Source of the DNA: Malacoraja senta
Taxonomy: Eukaryota
Direction: 5' to 3'
Assembly (NCBI GenBank): GCA_038087875.1
Contig: JAXLNO010000065.1
Coordinates: forward strand, 1 to 64,000
DNA length: 64,000 nt
Both the position numbers and the translations under genes were made by a program. The notes below the pieces were generated by a model. The model saw only the letters and a program-made list of their open reading frames with translations. It was not told the DNA's origin and did not search any database. Of this stretch, positions 52,341 to 64,000 are shown one piece after another (the first letter of the stretch is position 1; every line of letters starts with the position of its first letter).

Positions 52341-53049
52341 CTCAACTTGTCACTCTGGGCAAGTTGGGCTGAAGGGCATGTTTGCATACAATATGAACAA
52401 TTCAAATTGTTTGTGGCCACTGACACTTCTGCATGAGAGGGTCAGATCATGGAACTTACTGACGTTCAGCAGCAGACAGGATAAAATAACTGGCATAGTG
52501 GGATGAAGGAAGTACGGCTGGGAGATATGTAAAATCATGCTCCCCTCTCTCTGAGTACAGGACCTCAGCATCATGTAGACAATAATGTGTCTTCTGACAT
52601 TATTACGGTCTAACCCTGGAGATGTGGTTTCTGCTTGATTTTGGTGCATTTATTGCTCTTGCCTGTAGCAGAGTTGGCTGTGGCTGAGTTTTTTTACTGT
52701 CTCGGGGACACTCACACCCTCACACGCACTGAGCATCTGCAGTTCATGTACAGTTCATGTACAGTCGAAGTGGATGTCTTGGAGATGACGGGCACATGAT
52801 GGATTCCAGATTTTGCTGCCACGTTTCCAACATTACAACAGACTGCACTGAAAGTAGTCGATTAGATTGTACAGCACTGGAACATCCTGCAACAATGGAA
52901 TGCACAGTAGAATTGAACGTTCTGGCAATGGTGATATGTCCTTCCCTTGTGGAGATGCCAACCTTTGCCTGTATCAGCAGGGGAAGGGGAGGAGAAGGAA
53001 TGGGGATTCTGATCCAAGGAGAGGTCTGGTGTTCAAGCTCATTTACTGT

Positions 53050-53365
53050 CACAGAGTCTCTTGCCCAGAGTGGGGGAATCAAGACCCAGAGGGCATAGGT
53101 TTAAGGTGAAGGAGGAAAGATTTTATAGGAATCTGAGGGGTAACATTTTCATGCAAAAGGTGGTGGATGTATGGAACGAGCTGCTGGAAGAGGTAGTTGA
53201 GACAAGGCAACATTTAAGAAGCATATAGACATGTACATGGATAGGACAGGTTTAGAGGGATATGGACCAAATACAGGCAAGTGGGACTAGTGTAGATGGG
53301 ACATGTTGCTCGGTGTGGGCAAGTTGCGTGGAAGGATCAGTTTCCTCACTGTATGGCTCTATGAT
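53050..53365 (+). mobile_element. CR1 3' end
   Basis: gggcataggtttaaggtga...ggacaggtttagagggatatggacc. Confidence 0.75.
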
Positions 53366-53699
53366 GCATCAGCTGTGGGGATGTCTATGACCTGGAGAGT
53401 GAGATGTAGGTTTTGAAGGAAGCTGTCCAGTGCCCAGGGTTCATTGGTTCAAGGCCACCTCCAGCTGTGTGGAGCACTCAACCAGGTGAGCATAGGTTGA
53501 GGTGCATTTGTCTTTAGTCTCACTTCTGATTACAATCCCATTTGGAAGGGGTCAAGAATCAATCGTGTCAATGGCCCAACTGGTAGAGCTGCTGTCTCTC
53601 AAAACCAAAGACCCCCAGATTCAATCCTAACCTCGGGTGCTGTCTATATGAAGTTTGCACGTTCTTCCAGTGCCGTGTGGGTTTTCTCTGGATGCATCG

Positions 53700-54315
53700 G
53701 CCTTTCACTATTCGGTAAGTTTCAATGAGGTACCCCCTCATCCTTCTAATCTCCAGCGTGTACAGGTTCAGTGCCTTCAAACGCTCATTATATGTTAACC
53801 CAATCTTTCCTGGGACCATATTCTTAAACCTACTCTGGACCCTCTCCAATGCCAGCACATCCCCCTGCAGATATGGGGCCCCAAACTGCTCGTAATACTC
53901 CAAATGCAGCCTCACCAGTGCCTTATAAAGCCTCAGCATTACATTGTGTGTAGGAAAGAACTGCAGATGCTGGTTTAAATCGAAGGTGGACACAAAATGT
54001 TGGAGTAACACAGCTGGACGGGCAGCATCTATGTAGAGAAGGAATAGGTGATGTTTCGGGTTGAGTCCCCTCAGACTGAAGAAAGGCCTTGACCAAAACC
54101 GTCGCCCATTCCTTCTCTCCAGAGATGCTGCCTGTCCCGCTGAGTTACTCCAGCATTTTGTGTCTATCCTCAGCATTACATCCCTGTTTTTTAATTCTAG
54201 TCCTCTCGAAATAAGTACTAGCATTGCATTTGCCTTCTTTGCTACTGATTTGACTTGCAAATCAACTTTTTGGGAATCCTGCACCAGCACTCCCAAGTCC
54301 CTTTGCATCTCTGCA
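53700..54315 (-). mobile_element. CR1 fragment split by an inverted hammerhead unit
   Basis: Encodes QRDLGVLVQDS...VMLR | LYKALVRLHLEY. Confidence 0.8.
53945..54167. mobile_element. Head-to-head inverted Penelope-derived hammerhead unit
   Basis: 14-bp TSD cctcagcattacat at 53931-53944 and 54168-54181. Inverted arms meet at about 54075. Confidence 0.85.
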
Positions 54316-55909
54316 CATTCCTAAACCATCCGAGATTGTGACCTGAGAATGGCTGTTTTGTGCAGAATTTGCACACAGATCACGGGGAAATGTGATTCAG
54401 GGCAGTCAGGGAAGGGACATAATAAACAGTGAGTACTGTAACAAATGAGCATAACCACAGCTCATTACTGCCAGGGTATGTGGTTTCTGATCCTTTTTGT
54501 TCCTTTGATGTTCTCACCAGGCAGCAGTCCTGACTGTGCACAATGGAAGACGTTACTGCAGAGCAAGTGTCTTGCAAATCATCTTTCTTGCATCGCCTGC
54601 CGCCCTTCCAGTGGAATTCCTTAAAGGGACAATCCTCTCAGCGATATTGAGACTGTGCAGAATCTTGGCATCTCCGCTGCTAATCTTTTAATCCTTTCGG
54701 AAGAAAGGACAGGATTGGTATAAGTCCACATATTCCATTGGGCTGGGTGCTCCATGCGGTGAATGTTCAGTCTGTGGGATGCTGTCATCTCTCTTTAATG
54801 CAGTGATCCTGTGGGGACAGATTGACAGCTAAGTTTGTAGCTATGTTGTTTAACATACCAGCACTGTTGTACCATGGGGAAAAGTCTTACTGAAACAATA
54901 CGTGATATATTTCCTTGTACGACCTTCTAATTCATTCCTTCAGCCACTGTCAATAGCAGCAAAATAATAGGAGCTTTTTTATTTCAAAAATATACTATAT
55001 TCATAATATGTACACAACAAATATAGCCTTTCATAATATTCATTATGCGATCGGTTCAATACATTCACTTTCATTGCATCAACACTACTCATGTTTGCTC
55101 CTTAAACAACACATTTAGACTTTGGAGATACAGCGCGGAAACAGGCCCTTTTGCCCCCGCCAAAACATCACCTATCCTGTGAACATCCTTAATGATCACT
55201 CTCAAATATACAGAAGCAGATGAGAGAGGAGGTGTAAATGGAGTACAGAGCCATGGCTGGATGCAGTTGGACGCGGTGATGTACACTAGACACTGCAGCA
55301 TTGACATAAGGGGCTGTCGTTCGAGCTGGGCCTGAACATCAGTGTAACAGTCCAGCAGGGCAAGAACGCAACTGAACCAAACAGAAACTCAAAGTTTAAA
55401 AAATAGCAGAGTGATACTCAATGTTTCGGGTCCTGATGCAGGGGTTCGACCCGAAATGTTTATCATCTCTCTGCCTCCACAAATGCTGCTCATCTCGCTG
55501 AGTTGATCATAGAGTCATACAGTGTGGAAACAGGCCCTTCGGCCCAACTTGCCCATGCTGACCAAGATGCCCCATCTACACAAGACCCACCTGCCTGCAT
55601 TTAGCCCATAATCCCTTTACACTTTTCCTATCCATGTACCTGTCCAAATGTCTTTTAAATGTTCTTATATACCTCAACTACCGCCTCTGGCAACTCAAAC
55701 CACAGAGTCACCACCCTCCAGCAGTTTGTTTTTACTTACAATTCTGTCATCTGGAGTCTTGTGTGTCACAGCGAATCTAAGTGACAGGTGAATTTACCTG
55801 CTGAATAGGTGTGTTCAGCAGTCTCATCATTATAGAGGAGGCCATAGGCCGGTACTTTTATACACTTGCTGTTATTATACAGATGGGTTACCGTGTTTAG
55901 CTTTAGTTT

Positions 55910-56400
55910 AGTTTAGCCTATTATTGTTACATGTACCGAGATATGAAACGTTTTTTACGCGTGCTATCCAGTCAATGAAAAGACAATACATGATTATAAT
56001 CAAGCTGTCCACAGTGGAGAGATACAGGATAAAGGGTATGATGTTTAGTGCAAGATAAAGTCCAATTAAAGATAGTTTGAAAGTGTTCAGTGAGGTAGAT
56101 GGGTGGGCAGGACCTCACTCTAGCTGAGAGGATGGTTCAGTTACCTGATGACAGCTGGGAAGAAACTGTCCCTGAATCTGGAGGTATGCGTTTTCAAACT
56201 TTGTACCTCTTGGCCATTGGGAGAGGGGAGGAGTGCCAAGAGTGAGACTGGGCCTTGATTATGCTGGCGGCCTTGCCAGGGCAGCGTGAAGTGTAGTTGG
56301 AGTCATAGGGAGGGTGATTGGTTTGCGTGATGCTCGGGGCTACGTCCACAACTTCTTGCGGTCTTGGATGGAGCTGTTCCCAAACCAGGCAGCGATGCAA
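55910..56400 (-). mobile_element. Rex1/Babar-like 3' fragment
   Basis: Same family as 13408-14142 (SITQTNHP...GKAASIIK). Confidence 0.7.
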
Positions 56401-57964
56401 TGTCCTGGACTCCCGCAGAATGCCTCAGCCCCTGATCCAGAACTGTGGTCCTGTGAGCGCAGTGGGACACAGCCTTGGTCCATGCATTATCTCTCAGCCC
56501 ATCAACCACAAGGGAAGCTTCTGCCTTAATAATGGCTGCCGGCTTAAACTCCCTGCTGAGAACCGAGGGGGAGCTCTCTTTGAATTGCCACTCTGGCTGG
56601 TGCAGTTCAGCTTCTGCATGAGTGAGGTTCGGAATAAAATGGCACTCGATTGGAAAGTAGAAGTCAATTGATTTTAACCTACAGAAAAAAATGTCATGGT
56701 CGGCTTTGTTGCTGCCTTCTAAACCTTGGACCACCCTTTGGATCCCACTGATTTACAAGATCACAAGCAAGGAATAAATTACTCTCCCTTAAATAAAAAT
56801 CTAAAGGCGAGTTAATGGTATATACAGCATGAAAGAAGTGGTTTACCGGTTCTCATGCCTTTTGTCTGAATCATTTGGAGGCATCCACCCATAATCTCCT
56901 ATCCCTCTCCCAGTGCTGTGTGTGACAATGAGGAAGGTTTCTCTCAAGTACTCGCACTTTGAAGCAAGAGTTAACCATGTCGACATTCGGCACTGACTCT
57001 GCTGCGAGCTCGGTACGTTTGGAACTTTGAACGAGTACATAAAAGGCTCGGTCTAATTGGATGGGATTCAGGCTGCCTTGGCAAACATCTTATTATTTCG
57101 AGCAGAAAGCATTCAATGAGAACTGCCCAATTAATCCTGAAGAAAGCAAATTGTACCCCTGCCTAAAACCCTCGAAAATATACGATTTTGCTAATGAAAC
57201 CTCATTAGGTCGTTCGATGTGGGAACACAACTGGCAGGCCCTCCCAAGTGGCTCCCTCTGATCTTATTTGTTTTATTTATTTCATATTACCATTTCAGAA
57301 ATGATTCAAGGGGGCTATAGGCTACAATTCCCCACTTACAGGACCGGTAGATGTTTTGATGAAGAGCAGTGGGCCCCATAGTGGAAACAATTGCTGATTG
57401 ATGTGGAAGATGCAATTGCCATCGGTACAATGGGCCAAAACATACTGTAAAATAACAGTGAACTACAGTTCTAACCCCTTCGTCTGCACAAGTTGGAAAC
57501 AACATCACCATCATCTGGGGAAGATGCAGATTTAAACCATGGGCGCCGAGGAAATAATGCCTGAGATATTGGAGTTTGAGTTTAGTTTATAGTCACGTGT
57601 ACTGAGGATCAGTGAAAAGCTTTTGTTGCATGCTAAGCAATCAGCAGAAATACAGTACGATTACAATTGAGCCATCCACAGTGTACAGATATTATAAAGG
57701 GAATAATGCTTAGTGTAAGATAAAACCCAGTAAAGTCAAATCGAAGATAGTCTGAGGGTCTCCAATGAGGTAGATAGTAGTTCAGAACTGCTCTCTAGTT
57801 GTTGGTGGGATGGTTCAGTTGCCTTATAACAGTCATTACTCGGGTGGGTAGGTGTCGAGTGGATGGGTGTCCCATTGCTCTATAAATTGAGCAACGTGGT
57901 CTCACTCTTTGACTCCCAATTCACCTATGCTGAACAGTGAGAATGAGCTGTGCTTGCATAGTAT

Positions 57965-58530
57965 TGGGATTAGTTTATTATTGTCATGCATGCCAAGGAT
58001 GATATTGACTGATTTCCTGAGGCAGCATGAAATGTAGATGGAGGGGAGGTTGGTTTGTGTGATTGACTGAGATGCATTCACAAGTTTCTGCAATTTGGTG
58101 GAGTAAATCAGCAGGACAGGCAGCATCACTGGAGAGAAGGAATGGTTGACGTTTTGGGTCGAGACCAAGTCTGAAGAGGGGTCTCAACCCGAAACGTCAC
58201 CCATTCCTTCTCTCCAGAGATGCTGCAGGTCCCTACTCCAGCATTTTGTGCCTATCTATGATTTAAACCAGCATCTGCAGTTCCTTCATACACATTTCTC
58301 TGCAGTTTCTTGTGGACTTGGGCAGAACAGTTACCAAGCCCAGTTGTGATGCATCCGAATAGGATGCTTTCCGCAGTGTATCTAGAAATTATAAATAATA
58401 ATCGGTGACTAAACTTCTGAGGAAATAGAGGAATTGGTGTACTTTCTTGGCCTTAGCGTCGACGTGTTTGGATCAGAAAAGATTGTTGAAAATATTTACG
58501 CCGGAACGTGACGCCCTTAACCATCTCCAG
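57965..58530 (-). mobile_element. Rex1-like fragment with an inverted hammerhead unit (about 58098-58295)
   Basis: Similarity to 13860-14120; insert has inverted arms. Confidence 0.65.
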
Positions 58531-59161
58531 TATTTATAGACCTAATGCTTCTGTGAAGATCAAGGCTTATTCATTTCAGTATGTTGTTTAAGTTGTATGT
58601 TGATTACCATCAAATAACCTCTCTTACCCTGAACGATGCAGTTGACCAATTTTTATCACATTTCTTTAACTTTAATTTTTTGTAAAGGATGCATAAAAAA
58701 TAAAGTTAAAATGAAAGGAAGAAAAGGTGGAGTCAACATGGATTTATAAAAGAGACATCTGTTTGTTTTTTGCAATTCATCAATGGAATAACTTAGAGGG
58801 GAATTGGCAGATACGGTGTTTTGGAATTTAAACGCAGCTTTGGATAAGGTTTAATACAGAGCTAATGAAACAACATTAGGGGGCATGGTATTGGGGGGAA
58901 TATAATGATGATTGAGAACTGTTTGATGGAGAGATAAAAAAAAGCAAATAAGAAGGAATGTGTGGTTTTGTGTTTGGGAGGGAATAGCTAGTTGGGTTCT
59001 GCAGGGATTGGTATTGGGTCCTGGCAGTTTACTATTGCTCTTGAGCTATACCTTTGCTATGTCTAACATGGGCAGGACCTACACAGTGAATGCTAGGGCT
59101 CTGGGCAGTGTTGTAGAGCAGACGGCTTTTGGAGTATGGGTACATAGTTCCTTGAAGATGC

Positions 59162-60696
59162 TGTGGCGACTTCAGGCCCACATGGTTTTTAGGTACAGCT
59201 TGTTCCCGTTGCCTAGCAATGAGCAGCGTCACGTGAGGGTCGAGAGCTGAGATTCAAACTCCGAGGTCAGAGGGCATAACGGGTTTATCTGTACAAGAGA
59301 AGTTTGAAGAGATATTTATTAAATGAGGCACAAGGTGTTTGGCAAAGCTTGGTGTCACTTGTCCCTTACTTTCGGTCGTGAGATTTAGTGGATTCTACAA
59401 CTGGTGACCTCACGCAACACGCAATCTTCAATTTACTTACGAAATGTACGACGATAGAAGTGATGCAGTGTCAGTGGAAGAAGTAAAACTCCACGTCCCA
59501 ATGTTTTTTACAACCAACGCAAGAGTGTGGTTTTCGATACTAGAAGCTCGATTTCACTCCCTCCATGTCAGAGCCAACAAAACAAAATTTGGGTGCCGAG
59601 CAGCTCGTCTTCCAGAGCAGATTGCATGCTAAGTCGAGGACGTGCTCCTTAATCCTAAGGATTTCACGCCATCTGCCATCTGGCAATGACTATCTCACAC
59701 TTTACCAGCCTCCAACCCAGCACCAGCCAATATCAGGAATTACTGAAACAATTTCCGCGACTAATAACTCCATCATACCGGCACAATGATATCAAACACT
59801 AACCAACCTTTTGGGTACGAACCGGATTCGAACGACGGCGTATCATCCACAAGCGAACAGCCTGATTGAATGGTTCCATCGCCAGTTGAAAGTCGCTCTG
59901 GCAGCCGGAGGTGACGCGTCGAACTGGAGTGAACGTTGCCTCTGGTTCTGCTGGGCATTCGTACAGCGGTGAAAGCAGACCTAGGATGTTCGTCAGCGGA
60001 GATGGTTTACGGCACAACTCTGAAGCTGCCTGGCGAATTTGTCAAACCAATTCCCACGGACAGATCCTATGACCCAAACAGGCATGTCGATCGATTACGG
60101 CAAAATATGCAGCTACTCAGGCCGACACCAATGTGGCAAACACCTGCAATGGTCTACGTGCCTGCTGATCTCCAAAGCTGCACGCATGTTTTGGTCCGAC
60201 ACGACGTCGCCCGCCGACCTCTTCAGCAAGCATACGATGGCCCGCACCGTCATCCAACGCCTACCCAAGAGTTTTGTAATCAATCGGAACGGAGAAACAG
60301 ACACTGTATCCGTCAACCGGTTAAAGCCAGCATATGTCGAGAACCAACCGACAACCTCACTCACCGAGCGGGCGAAGTCACAGGACACAAACACTTCCTG
60401 TCAGAAACCTCCAATACTGCAGTACCAAACGGGATCAGGCCGTAAAATCTATCTGCCAGACCGGTACGGGGCAGGACAAAGCCAGGCAGTCGCCACCTTG
60501 TGTGACAGTGGCTAAGGGGGGAGCGTCACGTGTGGGTCGAGAGCTGAGATTCAAACTCCGAGGTCAGAGGGCATAACGGGCTGATCTGTACACAAGGAGT
60601 TTGAGGATATTTTTATTAAATGAGGCACAAGGTGTTTGGCAAAGCTTGGTGTCGCTTGTCCCTTGCTTTCGGTCGTGAGATTTAGTGGATTCTACA
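59162..60696 (+). mobile_element. Internally deleted Gypsy (Ty3) LTR retrotransposon
   Basis: 5' LTR 59162-59399 (TG...CA); PBS tggtgacctcacg (tRNA-Trp-like) at 59402; gag start VKLHVPMFFTTNARVWFSILEARF; integrase RTTAYHPQAN, LPLVLLGIRT..K.DL.CSSAEMVYG, YDGPH; PPT 60514-60523; 3' LTR 60522-60696; TSD atgc/atgg. Confidence 0.9.
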
Positions 60697-60800
60697 ATGG
60701 TGTCACAGGTGATAGGATGGTCAAAAAGGCTTTTGTCCTTCTGTAAGAGTATTGGATATAGAAGTTGGGAGGTCATGTTGCTGTTATATAAGACATTGGT

Positions 60801-60945
60801 TCGTTCGCTCGTGTATCAGACGATGTAGCTCGCTGTTGGCTTCTGTCGTCGTCCAACATGTTGACAGAATTGTTGCCTGACGTGTCACAGAGTGCATCGT
60901 GTCGTCGCTTCCAGGGATAGCCACGAGGAGGCTTCTGTCATCCCC
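60801..60945 (-). mobile_element. 145-bp unclassified retroposed insertion
   Basis: 11-bp TSD aagacattggt at 60790-60800 and 60946-60956; CpG-rich. Strand inferred from the short gagc/gaac-repeat end. Confidence 0.7.
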
Positions 60946-61624
60946 AAGACATTGGTGAGGCTGCATTTAGAGTATTGTTTCAGTTCTGAGCACCACGTTA
61001 CAGGAAAGATTTTGTGAAGTTGGAAAGGGTGCAGGGAAGATTTACGAAGATGTTGCCTGGACTCAAGGGTCTGAGCTGTAGGGAGAGGTTGAGCAGGGTG
61101 GGTCTCTATTCCTTGGAGCGCAGGGGTATGAGGGGTGATCTTATGGAGGTGTACAAAAAAATGAGAGGAATAGATCGGGGAGACGCAGTGAGTCTCTTGC
61201 CCAGAGTAGGAGAATCAAGAACCAGAGGACATAGGTTTAAGGTGAGAGGGGAAATATTTTATAGGAATCTGAGGGGTCACTTTTTTAATACAAAGAATGG
61301 TAGGGGTATGGAATGAGCTTCCAGAGGATGTAGTTGAGGCAGGGACTATTGCAATGTTTCAGAAAAAATTAGACGGGTACATGGATAGGACAGGTTTGGA
61401 GGGATATGCGCCAAATGCAGGCAGGTGGGACTAGTGTGGATGGGACATGTTGGTTGGTGTGGGCAAGTTAGGCTGAAGGGCCTGTTTCCACGCTGTGTGA
61501 CTCTGATGTGTGCTATGATGAAGTCATCCTTTTCAACAGAGTTGCTCCAGCAGTTCTTGTTCTGTACAAGATTCCAGCATCTGCAGTTCTGTGTGTATTG
61601 AAACTATCACGTTTAGTTCAGAGG

Positions 61625-61892
61625 TTTGTTTAGAGATATAACATGGAAACAGACCCTTCGGCCCACCGAGTCCGCACCAACAAGCTATCACCCGTACCCT
61701 GGTTTTATCCAGCACATTAGGGACTAATTACAGAAGCCAATTAACGTACACATCTTTTAAACTGGAGCACCTGGAGAAAACCCATGAAGGGAGAATGTAA
61801 AACATCCATAAAGACAGCACTCGTGGTCAGGATCGAACCCAGGGTCTCTGGCGCTGTAAGGTAGCAACTCTACTGCTGAAGTACCATGCCAT
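61625..61892 (-). mobile_element. V-SINE copy
   Basis: Tail and head present, with internal deletions. Confidence 0.75.
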
Positions 61893-63019
61893 CCTATCAC
61901 ATCTTGGCATAATTAGTGAACAGTTAATTTGGAGTCATTCATTTCCTCTCCCACTACAAGTGTATGCAGGTCTGGACCATTCTGTTTAAAATGTGGCTTG
62001 AACCCTATAACCAAAGGCTTAGAAGCCAGAGTGAACAAATCAGCCATGTTAATCTGTAATTAACAGCCCACAGAAATAAAAATGCTGGAATCGATCAATG
62101 GGCCTGGCAGCGTCTGTGGAGAGTGAAAAACAATGTTAATGCTTCAGTTAATACTACTGCTGAGTATCTCCAGTGTTCTTTGGATTTTATCTCAGCGTTC
62201 CAGCAACTGTGTTTTTTTTCTGTTGCCACTGCATGGCTGCCACCTTGTGTTGCAATGGCATTATAATGTGGTGCAGTGCAGACACACTCCCTGGGGATAC
62301 ATGCAGGAGGGGCATAGACCAATGGCACCTTCCACTCACACAGTGATGTTGTCAGTCTATTACATAGTCCATCTATTCTGTGCTGGATATGAGATTTCCG
62401 GAGATGCTGTCAGGACATCAACAGGGAACAAATTGGATAAATGGCCTTCCACCCATGAGAAAGGCTGTATTAATTTGTCTGCAAAATCACTTTTGTTCTG
62501 TTTACCAGGGCTGAGGTGTTTGTTGCGTGCTGGCTGGTTATTCCAATTATCTTCCTCTCATTGGGGTTGGGGAGCAGGGTTGTACTTCGCTTGTTCTCTC
62601 GTCCAGATCTCCGAGTGACTGAGTGAGTGAGTGAGTAGGCCGCCCTCAGTGAGTTGGAGGGTTTTGACTTGGGTGAAATATGAGCTGCCAGTGCAGGCAG
62701 TGTGTTGATAAATGGGAGACATTTCCTTCTGCGTGATAATTCATTCACACTTCACCGGGCACTCCTGCAGCCTCCCTTAATGCCACACGCACTCTGTTAG
62801 CAGTTACATGATGGGACTGTGAGGGGAGAAAAAATTAAACCTGCCGCCTTCTTTTCTTCTTCCTACAGATTTTTCTTCTCTTGGCTACCTCCCCCCCCCC
62901 CTCCCCCACCCCTGCCATTTCAGACTCTTCCCTGATTTGCAGGGAATGGAGTTCTCTCCTTTGAGTCAGGAGTTTTTTGGGTTAAATATCTAGTCCTGAA
63001 ACTATAATGGAATCTTACA

Positions 63020-63750
63020 GTTGTACAGCACAGCAAAGGGTCCTTTGTCCCACCTTGTCTATGCTGATCATTTTGCCCATCTACACTAATTCCACTTGCC
63101 TGCATTAATTCCATCTCTCTCTGTGATGTGCTCATTCAAGGACCTGTACGATGCCGTTTAAAGATTGTTCCTCTTCCTGCCTCTGGCAGCTCATTCCATG
63201 TACCAACTTCTTGTTGTGTGAAAAATGTACCCCTCCGATTCCCCCTCCCCCCCCCCCCCCTCAGCTTAAACCAATGCCAGAGGAGTATATTGTTAGAGAC
63301 CCTCTGGGAAACAGACTCTGGCTATCTACTCTCTCTATGCCTCTCATAATTTGATATATTTCCAACATGTCACCTCTCAGCCTCTTTTGCTCCAGGGAAA
63401 ACAAACCCAACCTATCCGATCTCTCCTGATAACTCAGGCCTTCCATTCCAGGCAACATCCTTGTGAATCTTTACTGCACCCTGTCAAGCTTAATCACATC
63501 TTTTATGTAGTCTGATGACCAGAACTGCCCACACATTGCTCACAGTCTAGCCAACATTTTGAACAACCATAACATTTTGCAACTCTTATACTCGACCGAT
63601 GAATGCTAGCTTCTCTAGGCCTTCCTTACCGTTCCGCCTACCTCTGTGATCACTTTCAGGGAACCATGTAGTGCAAGGCCCCTCTGTTCAGCAATATTCC
63701 CCAGGGCCCTGCCATTCACCATGTATGTCTGGCCCTGGTTTAACTTCCTA
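63020..63750 (-). mobile_element. Old CR1 3' fragment
   Basis: Encodes MLPGMEGLSYQERSDRLGLFSLEQKRLRGDMLEIYQIMRG. Confidence 0.75.
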
Positions 63751-63753
63751 ACA

Positions 63754-64000
63754 CAGCACCCTCCATAATGTTTGGGACAAAGACCCATCATTTATTTATT
63801 TGCCTCTGTACTCCACAATTTGAGATTTGTAATAGAAAAAAATCACATGTGGTTAAAGTGCACATTGTCAGATTTGAATAAAGGCCATTTTTATACATTT
63901 TGGTTTCACCATGTAGAAATTACAGCAGTGTTTATACATAGTGTCGTCCCCCCCCCCCCCCCCCCCATTTCAGGGCACCGTAATGTTTGGGACACAGCAA
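63754..64000. mobile_element. Tc1-like transposon terminal repeat with IR/DR architecture; continues beyond the window
   Basis: Starts cagcaccctccataatgtttgggaca. Direct repeat taatgtttgggaca at 63766-63779 and 63981-63994. Confidence 0.7.

Larger units (their letters stand above)
58760..61505 (+). mobile_element. Degraded CR1 hosting a Gypsy element and a 145-bp insertion
   Basis: AALDKV, VLQGLVLGP and KLERVQGRFTKMLPGL...RTRGHRFKV segments join across the insertions. Confidence 0.75.

Noticed and set aside
51740..52910. Possible ancient Deu-domain SINE remnants (gcactccctcaatactacactgg at about 51752; tail-like sequence at about 52825-52910)
   Set aside because: Too degraded to delimit or classify by eye.
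53568..54308. 246-aa ORF
   Set aside because: Chance in-frame chimera of CR1, a hammerhead unit and a V-SINE.

Overview
This is repeat-dense, non-coding vertebrate genomic DNA, intronic or intergenic. The repeat set (V-SINEs with CR1-type tails, CR1, Rex1/Babar, L1, Penelope) points to a cartilaginous fish, probably a skate or ray; that assignment is inference. I found no host protein-coding exon, RNA gene or CRISPR array. The ORFs with recognisable protein similarity are transposon fragments, and the longest ORFs are low-complexity artefacts or chimeras. Elements delimited by TSDs, TIRs or LTRs: a 5.2-kb hAT element with a perfect 8-bp TSD (4701-9878), a Rex1 LINE inside a CR1, a Harbinger-like element inside a CR1, two L1 3' ends, a CORE-type SINE and an internally deleted Gypsy element; single Tc1 and pogo ends are also present. 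The most notable signal is a family of about 20 short Penelope-derived units carrying a minimal hammerhead-ribozyme motif (CTGAAGAA-GGGTN4ACCC-GAAACGTC). Several are independent 90-220 bp insertions with 9-14 bp TSDs, their 5' junctions cluster at the ribozyme core, and some are head-to-head palindromes. Other observations: a fossil ~30-bp minisatellite background, a locally templated insertion, a Meis/Pbx motif cluster and a candidate minus-strand promoter/first exon. Coordinates of degraded repeats are approximate and family names come from motif recognition by eye, not database searches.
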